From Actinomycetota bacterium (GTDB taxonomy: Bacteria > Actinomycetota > UBA4738 > HRBIN12), in the NCBI GenBank assembly GCA_046094605.1, contig JBJTHT010000154.1, positions 1-30,044 on the forward strand: DNA of 30,044 nt. Reading direction: 5' to 3'. The position numbers and the translations under genes are program-made. The notes below the pieces were generated by a model. It was not told the origin of the DNA and did not search any database. It was given only the letters and a program-made list of their open reading frames with translations. How positions within the stretch are numbered: the first letter of the stretch is position 1; each line of letters opens with the position of its first letter. Below are positions 1 through 8,182 of this stretch, piece after piece.

Positions 1-69
1 GGGCCGCGCGGCCCCCCGGGTCGCCGCCCCCCCCCCCCCCCCCCGGGCCGCCGGCCGCGGCCCGGACGC

Positions 70-681
70 TCACACCGTGATGAGGTCGCGGAACCCGTCG
101 AGCGTCGCCTGGCCGATGCCGCTCACGTCGAGCAGGTCGTCCACGCTCGCGAACGGCCCGTTCGCCGTGCGGTAGTCCACGATGCGCTGGGCGAGGACCT
201 CGCCCACGCGCGGGAGCGTCTCCAGGTCCGCGGCCGTCGCTGCGTTGATGTCGATGCGACCGTCGGCGCTCACACCGCCCGTCGCGGCCGCGGCGATCTC
301 GCCCCGGCGAGGGATGTAGATCTGCGTGCCGTCCACGGCGAGGGCCGCGAGGTTGATCGCGTCGAGGTCGGCACCGCGCAGCGCGCCGCCGGCCGCCTCG
401 AGGGCATCCACGAGCCGTGCGCCGGCGGCGAGTTCGTACACGCCGGGCGAGCGCACCCGACCCGCGACGTGCACGACGACCGGAGCGGCCGGCGCGGGAG
501 ATGCGGGCGCGGTCGTCGCGATGGCGCCGCGGACCGCGCGCACCTCCACGGTCCGCGGGAGCGAACGCCAGTACCAGAGACCCGCGGCGGCGAGCAGGAG
601 CACCACGAGCGCGGCGGCGCCGGCGACCTCGGCGCGCGTGAGCTCCGCGAGCCGGTCGCGGACGTCGTCCTTCGTGGGCAC
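70..681 (-). CDS. comEA: ComEA family DNA-binding/uptake protein (TM helix + SLBB + HhH)
   Basis: N-terminal TM segment, SLBB (VHVAGRVRSPGVYEL...DAINLA), HhH (IDINAAT...LPRVGEVLAQRIVDYR...GPFASVDDLLDVSGIG). GTG start with GGAGG SD. Confidence 0.93.
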   Translation of the reverse strand: MPTKDDVRDRLAELTRAEVAGAAALVVLLLAAAGLWYWRSLPRTVEVRAVRGAIATTAPASPAPAAPVVVHVAGRVRSPGVYELAAGARLVDALEAAGGALRGADLDAINLAALAVDGTQIYIPRRGEIAAAATGGVSADGRIDINAATAADLETLPRVGEVLAQRIVDYRTANGPFASVDDLLDVSGIGQATLDGFRDLITV

Positions 682-706
682 GGTCCTCCCCTCGGAGAGG
701 ACGCGG

Positions 707-712
707 ACCCTA
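707..712 (-). promoter_or_regulatory. Putative -10 box TAGGGT for comEA
   Basis: TANNNT in the leuS-comEA gap, upstream of the GGAGG SD. Confidence 0.45.
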
Positions 713-744
713 GTCGGCGAGCGGGTGGCGTTGGGTGACCGAGG

Positions 745-3198
745 TCACCGACGCGCGACGACGTTCACGAGGCGCGGCGCGCGCACGACGACCTGGGCGA
801 CCTCGCGACCGGCGAGCGCGCGACGCACGCCGTCCGAGGAGAGCGCGAGATCGCGGCACGCCTGTTCCGATGCGTCCGCCGCGACCTCGACGCGGTCCCG
901 CACCTTGCCGTCGACCTGCAGGACGAGCGTCACCCGCTCCTCCCTGACGAGGGCGGCGTCCCACCCGGGCCACGCGGACACGTGGACGCTGTCGCGCTCC
1001 CCCAGCACCGCGCGCCAGAGCTCCTCGGCGACGAACGGCGCCATCGGGGCGAGCATCTGCACGAGGAGCCGCGCGCTCGCGAGCGCGCCACCGCCCGCGT
1101 CGAGCCCCGCGCGCATCTCGTTCGTGAGGACCATGAGCTTCGAGATCGCCGTGTTGAAGCGGAACCGCTCGAGGTCCTCCGTCACGCCCTTCACCGCGCG
1201 CTGGGCGACGCGGCGGAGCACCTCGGGCTCCGCCGCGTCACCCCGCTCGACGGCATCCGAGACCGCCGCCCATACCCGGTTCAGCCACGAGCGGACACCG
1301 GGTGGTCGCGCGGGGTCCGGCGCGATCAACTTCCAGTCGATGTCGTCCTCGAACGGACCGGCGAAGAGCATCGTGAGGCGCATCGTGTCGGCGCCCCAGC
1401 GTTCGACGATCGGCATCGGTTCCACGATGTTGCCCTTGGACTTGGACATCGAGGACCCGCCGTAGATCACCTGGCCCTGGTTCATCAGGCGGGGGAACGG
1501 TTCCGTGAAGGTCACGAGGCCCATGTCGTAGAGCACCTTCGTGAAGAAGCGCGAGTAGAGCAGGTGCAGGATCGCGTGCTCGACGCCGCCGGTGTACTGG
1601 TCGACCGGCATCCACCGCGCGACCTGTTCCGGATCGAAGGGCTGGTCGGCGTCGCCGGGCGAGCAGTACCGGAAGTAGTACCAGGACGAGTCCACGAACG
1701 TGTCCATCGTGTCGGTGTCGCGGGTCGCGGGACCGCCGCACGACGGACACGTGGTCCGCAGGAACCCCTCGTGGCGCGCGAGCGGCGATTCGCCGCCCGG
1801 TCGGAAGTCGACGTCGTCGGGGAGCAGGACCGGGAGCTGGTCGTCGGGGACGGCGACCTCGCCGCAGGACGAGCAGTGCACGATCGGGATCGGCGCGCCC
1901 CAGTAGCGCTGACGGCTGATCAGCCAATCGCGCAGGCGGAACGTGACGGCCGCTTCCCCCCGCCCGCGCTCGGCGAGCCAGGACGCCACCTCGCCGATGA
2001 CGCCCGGCGTGCGCTTCCCGTCGAAGGGCCCCGACGCGACGAGCACGCCCTCCGCGGCGTGGGCCTCGGTCATCGCGGCGCCGTCGAGCGCGGGTCCGGC
2101 CTCGGGCTGGACGACGACGCGCACCGGCACGCCGTGGGCGCGCGCGAACTCGAAGTCGCGCTGGTCGTGGGCGGGGACGCCCATGACCGCGCCCGTCCCG
2201 TACTCCATGAGCACGTAGGGAGCGACGTAACAGGGGATGCGCTCGCCGTTCACCGGGTTCACGGCGTGGACGCCGAGGGCCACCCCCTCGCGCGTCTCGG
2301 CCTGCTCGCGGTTCGTGAGCGGCGTCGTGCGGAGCCGGTCCACGAGCGGACGGACGGCGTCGGTGGTCCCGCCTGCCGCCGCGAGTCGCCCGACGAGGGC
2401 GTGCTCCGGCGCGAAGACGAAGAACGTCACGCCCCAGAGCGTGTCGGGCCGGGTCGTGAAGACCTCGACGCGGTCACCGGTCTCGGCGATCTCGAACGCG
2501 ACGCGCGCGCCCTCGCTTCGACCGATCCAGTTCCGCTGCATCGTGACGACCCGCTCGGGCCAGTCCACGAGGCGTTCCATGTCGTCGAGGAGGCGCTGCG
2601 CGTAGTCGGTGATGCGGAAGAACCACTGCGTGAGGTCCTTGCGCACGACGTCGGCGCCGCAGCGCTCGCACCGACCGTCGACGACCTGCTCGTTCGCGAG
2701 CACCGTCTGGTCCTGGGGGCACCAGTTCGTCGCCGCGGCCTTCCGGTACGCGAGGCCGCGCTCGAACAGCCGCAGGAACAGCCACTGCGTCCACCGGTAG
2801 TACTCGGGATCGCAGGTGTGGAGCCGCCGCGACCAGTCGAAGGACATGCCGAACCGCTTGAACGACGCGGCCTGCTGCTCGATGTTCGCGTAGGTCCACT
2901 CCTTGGGGTGGATCCCGCGCTTGATCGCGGCGTTCTCGGCGGGCAGGCCGAAGGCGTCCCAGCCGATCGGGTGGAGCACGTCGTAGCCGCGCATCGCCGC
3001 GAAGCGCGCGACGGTATCACCGCCCGAGAAGGCCTCCGCGTGCCCCATGTGGAGGTCGCCCGAGGGGTACGGGAACATGTCGAGCGCGTAGAAGCGGGGC
3101 CGCGGATCGGCGGGGTCGGACGAGGCGCGGTAGCGCCCCTCCTCCTCCCAGATCCGCACCCACTTCGGCTCGATCTCGCCCGGTTCGTACCTGCGCAT
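745..3198 (-). CDS. leuS: Leucine--tRNA ligase
   Basis: [12 protein letters not shown] (HIGH), SMSKS (KMSKS variant), editing-domain FTTRPDT and [25 protein letters not shown]; 817 aa. Confidence 0.98.
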   Translation of the reverse strand: MRRYEPGEIEPKWVRIWEEEGRYRASSDPADPRPRFYALDMFPYPSGDLHMGHAEAFSGGDTVARFAAMRGYDVLHPIGWDAFGLPAENAAIKRGIHPKEWTYANIEQQAASFKRFGMSFDWSRRLHTCDPEYYRWTQWLFLRLFERGLAYRKAAATNWCPQDQTVLANEQVVDGRCERCGADVVRKDLTQWFFRITDYAQRLLDDMERLVDWPERVVTMQRNWIGRSEGARVAFEIAETGDRVEVFTTRPDTLWGVTFFVFAPEHALVGRLAAAGGTTDAVRPLVDRLRTTPLTNREQAETREGVALGVHAVNPVNGERIPCYVAPYVLMEYGTGAVMGVPAHDQRDFEFARAHGVPVRVVVQPEAGPALDGAAMTEAHAAEGVLVASGPFDGKRTPGVIGEVASWLAERGRGEAAVTFRLRDWLISRQRYWGAPIPIVHCSSCGEVAVPDDQLPVLLPDDVDFRPGGESPLARHEGFLRTTCPSCGGPATRDTDTMDTFVDSSWYYFRYCSPGDADQPFDPEQVARWMPVDQYTGGVEHAILHLLYSRFFTKVLYDMGLVTFTEPFPRLMNQGQVIYGGSSMSKSKGNIVEPMPIVERWGADTMRLTMLFAGPFEDDIDWKLIAPDPARPPGVRSWLNRVWAAVSDAVERGDAAEPEVLRRVAQRAVKGVTEDLERFRFNTAISKLMVLTNEMRAGLDAGGGALASARLLVQMLAPMAPFVAEELWRAVLGERDSVHVSAWPGWDAALVREERVTLVLQVDGKVRDRVEVAADASEQACRDLALSSDGVRRALAGREVAQVVVRAPRLVNVVARR

Positions 3199-3206
3199 GG
3201 AACCGG

Positions 3207-3212
3207 ATGCTA
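3207..3212 (-). promoter_or_regulatory. Putative -10 box TAGCAT, (near-)leaderless leuS
   Basis: TAGCAT-ccggttcc-ATG (8-nt spacer), no SD. Confidence 0.55.
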
Positions 3213-3230
3213 CCCGGCCCCCGTGGCGTC

Positions 3231-4331
3231 TCAGGCCCAGCGCAGGAGCGCGCCGATCCCCTCGGCGGGTCCGGCGTCGGCGTCGACGACGCGCACCTCG
3301 GCGCCGGTGCCGAGGGCGGCGCGGGCGAGGGCCTCGCGGAGACGACCCGTCCGCGCCTCGAAGCCGAGGACCGACGCGCCGGCCGCCGTCGCGGCGATCG
3401 CGTGCGGGTCATCGCCGAACCACGCCTCGAGCCCGTCGTCGACGTCGGCGACGAGGAGCGTCTCGACCTGCCCCGCGGCGAGCGCGCCGGCGACGTCGTC
3501 GGCGCCAGCGGCGGCGCGGTCGCCCTGGCCGCGTTCCTCCTCGAAGCGCTCGAGGAGTTCCGCGGTGCGCAGGGCGGCGAGGTCGGCGAGCGCGGCCGCG
3601 ACGTCCACGTGCGCGCCGCCGCTCCCGTCGGCGTTCCACCGCTCACCGCCGACGGTCCGCACGAGCGTGGCCAGGTCGCCCGGGAGGTCGTCACGGAGGA
3701 ACTGCACCGCGCGCACGTCGCCCGCCACCAGGATGCGCTCGGCGCCCGCCCACCGCGCGAGCCGCTCGACCTCGACCGCCACCTCGCCCGCGTTGCGCTC
3801 CCAGGAGTTCTCCGCGCGGCGCTGGTAGCGGCGTTCGTTCAGATCCGCCCACCCCCCCTTGTGCTGGCGGGTGAGCGGTTCCTCGCTCGCCTCGAGGTCC
3901 TCCAGGAGCGCGGCGCCGCGGCGCACCGCGGTGATGTCGGCACCGCGCCGGTCGGTGAGGACGATGACGTGGGGGACCTCGCGCTGGCGCGTCGCCAGCA
4001 CCGGTAGGAGCCACGGGAGCGACTCGTATCGACCGACCGCCAGATCGGCCTCCGCGGTCGTCGCGTGATCGGCGAAGGCGGAACCGTCCGCGGTCACCAC
4101 CACATGGAGCGTGCGCCCGAAGCGATGCGCGCCGGGGACGTGGGCGTCCACGATCTCGACGAGCTGCTCCGGCGCCCCGCGCCGGAGCAGCTCGTCGCGC
4201 AGGCCCCACCACCGCAGGTGCGACCGCGGGCCCGCGTTGGCCACGGCCCCCTCGGTCGTCAGCCGGACCGAGAGGAACGGGCCGGGCGCGGTCGGCAGGT
4301 CGGTGAGGTCGAGGAGCGGTCGGATCGCCAT
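3231..4331 (-). CDS. baeRF2-family (aeRF1/Pelota-like) protein, Rv2629/Balon-like
   Basis: GPFLSV..., DRRGAD, HKGGW...[33 protein letters not shown]...[11 protein letters not shown] and C-terminal GIGALLR. ATG at 4331 preceded by GGAG; the track's 4346 start is probably too early. Confidence 0.85.
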   Translation of the reverse strand: MAIRPLLDLTDLPTAPGPFLSVRLTTEGAVANAGPRSHLRWWGLRDELLRRGAPEQLVEIVDAHVPGAHRFGRTLHVVVTADGSAFADHATTAEADLAVGRYESLPWLLPVLATRQREVPHVIVLTDRRGADITAVRRGAALLEDLEASEEPLTRQHKGGWADLNERRYQRRAENSWERNAGEVAVEVERLARWAGAERILVAGDVRAVQFLRDDLPGDLATLVRTVGGERWNADGSGGAHVDVAAALADLAALRTAELLERFEEERGQGDRAAAGADDVAGALAAGQVETLLVADVDDGLEAWFGDDPHAIAATAAGASVLGFEARTGRLREALARAALGTGAEVRVVDADAGPAEGIGALLRWA

Positions 4332-4401
4332 GGCTCCACGATGCACCCCGAAGGCGGAACCCGTACCGGCCGGTCGTCCCGGAACCGCCGGGACCGTCCG
4401 T

Positions 4402-4407
4402 TAGCAT
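4402..4407 (+). promoter_or_regulatory. Putative -10 box TAGCAT, leaderless DUF1801 gene
   Basis: TAGCAT-cgccggc-GTG (7-nt spacer). Confidence 0.55.
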
Positions 4408-4414
4408 CGCCGGC

Positions 4415-4789
4415 GTGGCGACGCGAGGGGACGATCCGACCGCGGTGGACCGCTACCTGGCGGCGCTCCCGATCGCCCAGCGGCGCGCGCTCGCGCACCT
4501 GCGCGCGACGATCGCCCGGGCCGCGCCGGGTGCGACCGAGGGGTTCTCCTACGGGATGCCCGCGTTCCGCCTCCGCGGTCACCCGCTCGTCGGCTACGCC
4601 GCGTGGAAGGGCCACTGTGCGCTGTACGGGATGAGCGCGGGCCTCGAGCGGTTCGCGCCGCGCCTCACGCCGTACTCGACGTCGAAGGGGACGATCCGCT
4701 TCGCCCCGGAGGAACCGCTCCCCGACGCGCTCGTGCGGGACCTCGTTCGGTTCCGCATCGGGGAGATCGACGCGCGCTGGCCTGCCTGA
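4415..4789 (+). CDS. DUF1801/YdhG-like domain protein
   Basis: VDRYLAALP...LR..I...AP.A.E.FSYGMPAF...LVGYAAWK.HC.LY...SKGTIRF....PLP..LV..LV.FR; 124 aa. Confidence 0.85.
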   Translation: MATRGDDPTAVDRYLAALPIAQRRALAHLRATIARAAPGATEGFSYGMPAFRLRGHPLVGYAAWKGHCALYGMSAGLERFAPRLTPYSTSKGTIRFAPEEPLPDALVRDLVRFRIGEIDARWPA

Positions 4790-4803
4790 CGCCGGGCGGT
4801 GGG

Positions 4804-4876
4804 TGGACCCAAGGGGATTCGAACCCCTGACCTCATGGCTGCCAGCCATGCGCTCTACCAACTGAGCTATGGGCCC
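4804..4876 (-). tRNA. tRNA-Ala(GGC)
   Basis: 73-nt cloverleaf GGGCCCATAGCTCAG...TGGCA...GGTTCGAATCCCCTTGGGTCCA, with G3:U70 and A73 identity elements. CCA not encoded. Confidence 0.97.
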
Positions 4877-4888
4877 GGTGCGCAGGGA

Positions 4889-4894
4889 AGTCTA
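4889..4894 (-). promoter_or_regulatory. Putative -10 box TAGACT for tRNA-Ala, overlapping the rsfS stop codon
   Basis: TANNNT 12 nt upstream of the mature tRNA 5' end. Confidence 0.45.
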
Positions 4895-5269
4895 GCGGGA
4901 GGGCGTCGCCGCGTCCGCGACGGGGATCCGGGGCGCATCGCCCCACAGGCGCTCCAGGTCGTAGAAGTCGCGCTCCTCCTGCGCGAACACGTGCACGACG
5001 AGGTCCACGTAATCGAGGAGCACCCAGCGGCGGTCCTCCTCCCCCTCGCGTCGGAACGGCCGCCGGCCCCGCGCGCGCATCGCATCGTCGATCGCATCCA
5101 CGATCGTGCGCACCTGGCGGTCGCTCGTCCCGGTCGCGAGGACGAAGAGGTCCGTGATGACGAGCGTCGCATGCACGTCGAGGACGACGACGTCGAGTGC
5201 CTGCTTGTCGAGCGCCGCGCGCGCCGCGGCGAGGGCGTCGTCGCGGGTCTGGCGGCCGACGCCCGTCAC
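4892..5269 (-). CDS. rsfS: Ribosome silencing factor RsfS (Iojap)
   Basis: [12 protein letters not shown]...[29 protein letters not shown]...[12 protein letters not shown]; GTGA overlap with nadD. Confidence 0.96.
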   Translation of the reverse strand: MTGVGRQTRDDALAAARAALDKQALDVVVLDVHATLVITDLFVLATGTSDRQVRTIVDAIDDAMRARGRRPFRREGEEDRRWVLLDYVDLVVHVFAQEERDFYDLERLWGDAPRIPVADAATPSR

Positions 5270-5859
5270 CGGTACAGGCCCGCCTTGTCGATGTAGCTCT
5301 TCACGCCCTCGGGAACGAGGTAGCGGATCGGCCGACGGTCGCGGATGCGTTCCCGGATGTCGGTCGAGGAGATCGCGAGGGCGGGGATCGTCATGACGCT
5401 CACGTTGGGATGGCGGGTCGGCGCCTCGTGCTCGAACCGCGCGAGGTCGTGCCCGGGCCGCGTCGCCGCGATGAAGTGCGCGAGCGAGAGCACCTCCTCG
5501 GGATCCTTCCAGTGGAAGATCTCGAGCATCGCGTCGGCGCCGGTCACGAAGAAGAGTTCGGCGTCGGGGTTCTCCGCGGCGAGGACCCGGAGCGTGTCCA
5601 CCGTGTAGGTCGGCCCCGCGCGATCCACGTCGACGCGGGAGACGCGGAACCGGGGATTGCTCGCGGTCGCGATGACGGTCATCAGGTAACGGTCCTCGGC
5701 GGCGGAGACCGCGCGGCCCCCCTTCATCCAGGGGTGCCCGGTGGGGACGAAGAGGACCTCCTCGAGGCCGAACTGGACGGCGGCCTCCTCGGCGGTCAGC
5801 AGGTGCCCGTAGTGGATGGGATCGAAGGTCCCACCCATCACCCCCAGCCGTCGCCCCAC
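5266..5859 (-). CDS. nadD: Nicotinate-nucleotide adenylyltransferase
   Basis: [32 protein letters not shown]. Confidence 0.97.
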   Translation of the reverse strand: MGRRLGVMGGTFDPIHYGHLLTAEEAAVQFGLEEVLFVPTGHPWMKGGRAVSAAEDRYLMTVIATASNPRFRVSRVDVDRAGPTYTVDTLRVLAAENPDAELFFVTGADAMLEIFHWKDPEEVLSLAHFIAATRPGHDLARFEHEAPTRHPNVSVMTIPALAISSTDIRERIRDRRPIRYLVPEGVKSYIDKAGLYR

Positions 5860-5866
5860 GGGTCCG

Positions 5867-5872
5867 ATACTA
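5867..5872 (-). promoter_or_regulatory. Putative -10 box TAGTAT, leaderless nadD, overlapping the obgE stop codon
   Basis: TAGTAT-cggaccc-GTG (7-nt spacer). Confidence 0.55.
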
Positions 5873-7105
5873 CGGGCGGCCGGCGCCGGCCTCCGGGAGG
5901 AAGTCGAACGCCCGGTCCCCGATGCGCACCTCGTCCCCGCGGACGGCGCCGGCCGCCGCGAGCTGCCGCTCGACGCCTTCCTTGGCCAGACGCCGCTGCA
6001 GGAGGGCGACGTCCGCCTCGTCCTCGAAGTCGGTGTCGGTGACCCAGCGCTCCACGCCGCGTCCGATGACCCGGAAGGCCGCCCCCTCCCGCCGCACGAC
6101 GAACGTCGGGCGACCCGGCCGAAGGACCACGACCGGTTCGCGTTCCTCGGCCGCGCGCTCGGCGTCGGTCACCGCGACCTCGATCCCGCGGGCGAGATCC
6201 TCGATGCCCTCGCCGGTGACGCCCGAGACGCGGATCCCCGGGCTCGGGGCGACGACATCGGGGGCGAGGTCGGCCTTCGTCCACGCGACGAGCGTCGCCC
6301 GGTCGAGCAGGTCGGGATCGTAGGCGCGCAGTTCCGCTCGGACCGATGCGAGATCGGCAGCGGGATCGCCGGTCGAGAGGTCGACGACGAGGACGAGCGC
6401 GCGGCAGCGCGTGATGTGCCGGAGGAACCGGTGCCCGAGGCCGCGACCCTCCGAGGCCCCCTCGATGAGCCCCGGGATGTCCGCGAGGACGACGCGGCGT
6501 TCGCCCTCGCGGACGCCGAGGTTCGGGGAGAGCGTCGTGAACGGGTACGGTGCGATCTTCGGCCGCGCGCGGGTCAGCGCGGCGAGCAGCGTCGACTTCC
6601 CGGCGTTCGGCAGACCCACGAGGCCGACGTCGGCCACGGTGCGCAGTTCGACGCGGATCGTGCGCTCCTCCCCCGGTTCCCCCGCCTCGGCGGTCTTCGG
6701 CGCACGGTGGTTGCGCCCGCTGAGCGCCGCGTTGCCGCGGCCGCCGCGGCCGCCGCGCGCGACCACGGCCCGCGCACCCGCGCCGACGAGGTCGGCGAGC
6801 AGGCCGCCGTCGTCTTCGACGCGCGTCCCGTCGGGGACGGGGATCACGAGGTCCTCGCCGCGCGCGCCCGCGCGGTTGCTCCGGCCGCCCGGACCGCCCG
6901 GCGTGGCGCGCTGGTGGGGGTGGTCGCCGAGCCAGGACAGGTCGTGGAGGCCCTGCGACACCTCGAAGATCACGTCGCCGCCGTCACCACCGTCGCCGCC
7001 GTTGGGTCCGCCGCGCGGCTTGAAGGGCTCCGACAGCATCGACGAGGAGCCGTCGCCGCCGCGACCGCCCCGCACCGAGATCCGTACCTCATCGACGAAC
7101 GACAT
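5870..7105 (-). CDS. obgE: GTPase ObgE/CgtA with C-terminal DUF1967 domain
   Basis: Real start MSFVDEV (ATG 7105). Gly-rich Obg fold, [22 protein letters not shown]-terminal ...[15 protein letters not shown]. Confidence 0.97.
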   Translation of the reverse strand: MSFVDEVRISVRGGRGGDGSSSMLSEPFKPRGGPNGGDGGDGGDVIFEVSQGLHDLSWLGDHPHQRATPGGPGGRSNRAGARGEDLVIPVPDGTRVEDDGGLLADLVGAGARAVVARGGRGGRGNAALSGRNHRAPKTAEAGEPGEERTIRVELRTVADVGLVGLPNAGKSTLLAALTRARPKIAPYPFTTLSPNLGVREGERRVVLADIPGLIEGASEGRGLGHRFLRHITRCRALVLVVDLSTGDPAADLASVRAELRAYDPDLLDRATLVAWTKADLAPDVVAPSPGIRVSGVTGEGIEDLARGIEVAVTDAERAAEEREPVVVLRPGRPTFVVRREGAAFRVIGRGVERWVTDTDFEDEADVALLQRRLAKEGVERQLAAAGAVRGDEVRIGDRAFDFLPEAGAGRP

Positions 7106-7111
7106 GGCCCT

Positions 7112-7120
7112 AGGGTGCCA
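7112..7120 (-). promoter_or_regulatory. Possible extended -10 TGG-CACCCT, leaderless obgE
   Basis: TGn-CANNNT, 6-nt spacer, then ATG; variant hexamer. Confidence 0.35.
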
Positions 7121-7151
7121 GACGGGGCGCCGGACCGGCATGATGGGGCCC

Positions 7152-7562
7152 ATGCCGGAGACCACGGGCGTCTGGGAGGTCGAGCTCGCGCGACGCGACG
7201 TGCGTGAGCGCGCGGGCGACCTCCGCCTCGAGGCGGATGCGCTCGTGTTCCGCCCGGGCGACGGTGGCGCGGAGCGACGGATCGCGCTCGCGGCCATCGA
7301 GGGCGTGCGCCGCCTGTTCGGGTCGCCGGTGCTGATGGTGCGCCACGCCGCCGGAACGCAACGCCTGCGAACGGCCTACTACTTCGTCGAACCGCCGCCG
7401 CTGCGCCCGGGCGACGACGCGATCGCCCGACCGCTCTCGGGGTCCCAACGACGCCGCACGCGACGCGCGGGGGCGGTCCGGCTCGCGGAGGGGAACCGAC
7501 GCATGCGCGAGGACCTGCGGTCGTGGGAACGCGCGGTGCGCGAGGCGATCGCCGGACGTTAG
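7152..7562 (+). CDS. Hypothetical protein, predicted PH-like fold
   Basis: Only coherent ORF in the rpmA-obgE gap. Beta-strand pattern G.L.L....LVF....RI.L..I..V.R..GSPVLMV...YYF plus C-terminal helix [12 protein letters not shown]. Start could be 7140, 7143 or 7152. Confidence 0.65.
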   Translation: MPETTGVWEVELARRDVRERAGDLRLEADALVFRPGDGGAERRIALAAIEGVRRLFGSPVLMVRHAAGTQRLRTAYYFVEPPPLRPGDDAIARPLSGSQRRRTRRAGAVRLAEGNRRMREDLRSWERAVREAIAGR

Positions 7563-7810
7563 GCCGGGTCGATCGAGGCGATCTTGCGGCCGCGGGACTC
7601 CGAGAACCGGACGGTTCCGGCCCGCAGCGCGAAGAGGGTGTCGTCGCCGCCCCGGGACACGTTGGCCCCCGGGTGCACCTTGGTTCCGCGCTGGCGGACG
7701 ATCACCGAGCCGGCGGGAACCGTCTGACCGCCGAACGCCTTCACGCCGAGCCGCTTCGACTCGGAGTCGCGCCCGTTTCGGGACGAACCGCCGCCCTTCT
7801 TGTGTGCCAT
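7559..7810 (-). CDS. rpmA: 50S ribosomal protein L27
   Basis: [24 protein letters not shown]...[24 protein letters not shown]. Confidence 0.99.
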   Translation of the reverse strand: MAHKKGGGSSRNGRDSESKRLGVKAFGGQTVPAGSVIVRQRGTKVHPGANVSRGGDDTLFALRAGTVRFSESRGRKIASIDPA

Positions 7811-7817
7811 GGCGGGG

Positions 7818-7823
7818 AGGCTA
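7818..7823 (-). promoter_or_regulatory. Putative -10 box TAGCCT, leaderless rpmA
   Basis: TAGCCT-ccccgcc-ATG (7-nt spacer), no SD. Confidence 0.55.
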
Positions 7824-7832
7824 CCAGAGGCC

Positions 7833-8165
7833 CTATTCGGCCGCCGCGACGGCCTTCGCGCCGAGCGAGATGTCGGTGATCTCGACGAGGGCGTAGCGCT
7901 GACGGTGCCCGGCGCGACGGGCGTAGCCCGTCTTGTTCCGGTACTTGAAGATGCGCACCTTGTCGCCCTTCGTCTCGCCCTGCAGCCTGCCCTTCACGGT
8001 CGCCTTCGCGAGGTCCTTGCCGACGTGGGTCGTGCCGGCGTCGTCCACGACGAGCAGCGGCGTGAACGTGACCGCGCCGTCGGACGACGCGAGCAGCTCG
8101 ATCTCCACGACGTCGCCCGGGGCAACCCGGTACTGCTTCCCGCCGGTCCTGATCACCGCGTACAT
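7833..8165 (-). CDS. rplU: 50S ribosomal protein L21
   Basis: [16 protein letters not shown]...[19 protein letters not shown]; SD AGGGAGG. Embedded in track ORF 7833..8873. Confidence 0.98.
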   Translation of the reverse strand: MYAVIRTGGKQYRVAPGDVVEIELLASSDGAVTFTPLLVVDDAGTTHVGKDLAKATVKGRLQGETKGDKVRIFKYRNKTGYARRAGHRQRYALVEITDISLGAKAVAAAE

Positions 8166-8182
8166 GGTTCCTCCCTGGGTCG

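Noticed and set aside
1-69. 18-nt poly-C run (27-44) and GC-only low-complexity sequence where comEC might be expected
   Set aside because: Looks like a contig-end or poly-G sequencing artefact; no reading frame or structure is supported.
1430-1455. LeuRS SMSKS instead of KMSKS
   Set aside because: The first residue of this motif varies among LeuRS proteins; the catalytic second Lys is present.
982-3828. 948-aa antisense ORF over leuS, and similar long antisense ORFs over valS (22133-24397), clpX/clpP, rne, mrdA and the fab genes
   Set aside because: Shadow ORFs expected from strong GC3 bias; no recognisable motifs. The Arg/Pro/Ala-rich alternative-frame ORFs are rejected for the same reason.
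4356-4402. GGAAC repeats (4356, 4381) and GTT as an ECF/SigR-type promoter; GTTC...CGGTAC as a SigB/SigF-type promoter on the minus strand
   Set aside because: The spacing does not fit (14 nt instead of about 18 for GGAAC-GTT), and the other match is weak.
3199-4803. baeRF2 and DUF1801 genes as an island integrated at tRNA-Ala
   Set aside because: No duplicated tRNA 3' end, no integrase, and no visible compositional shift.
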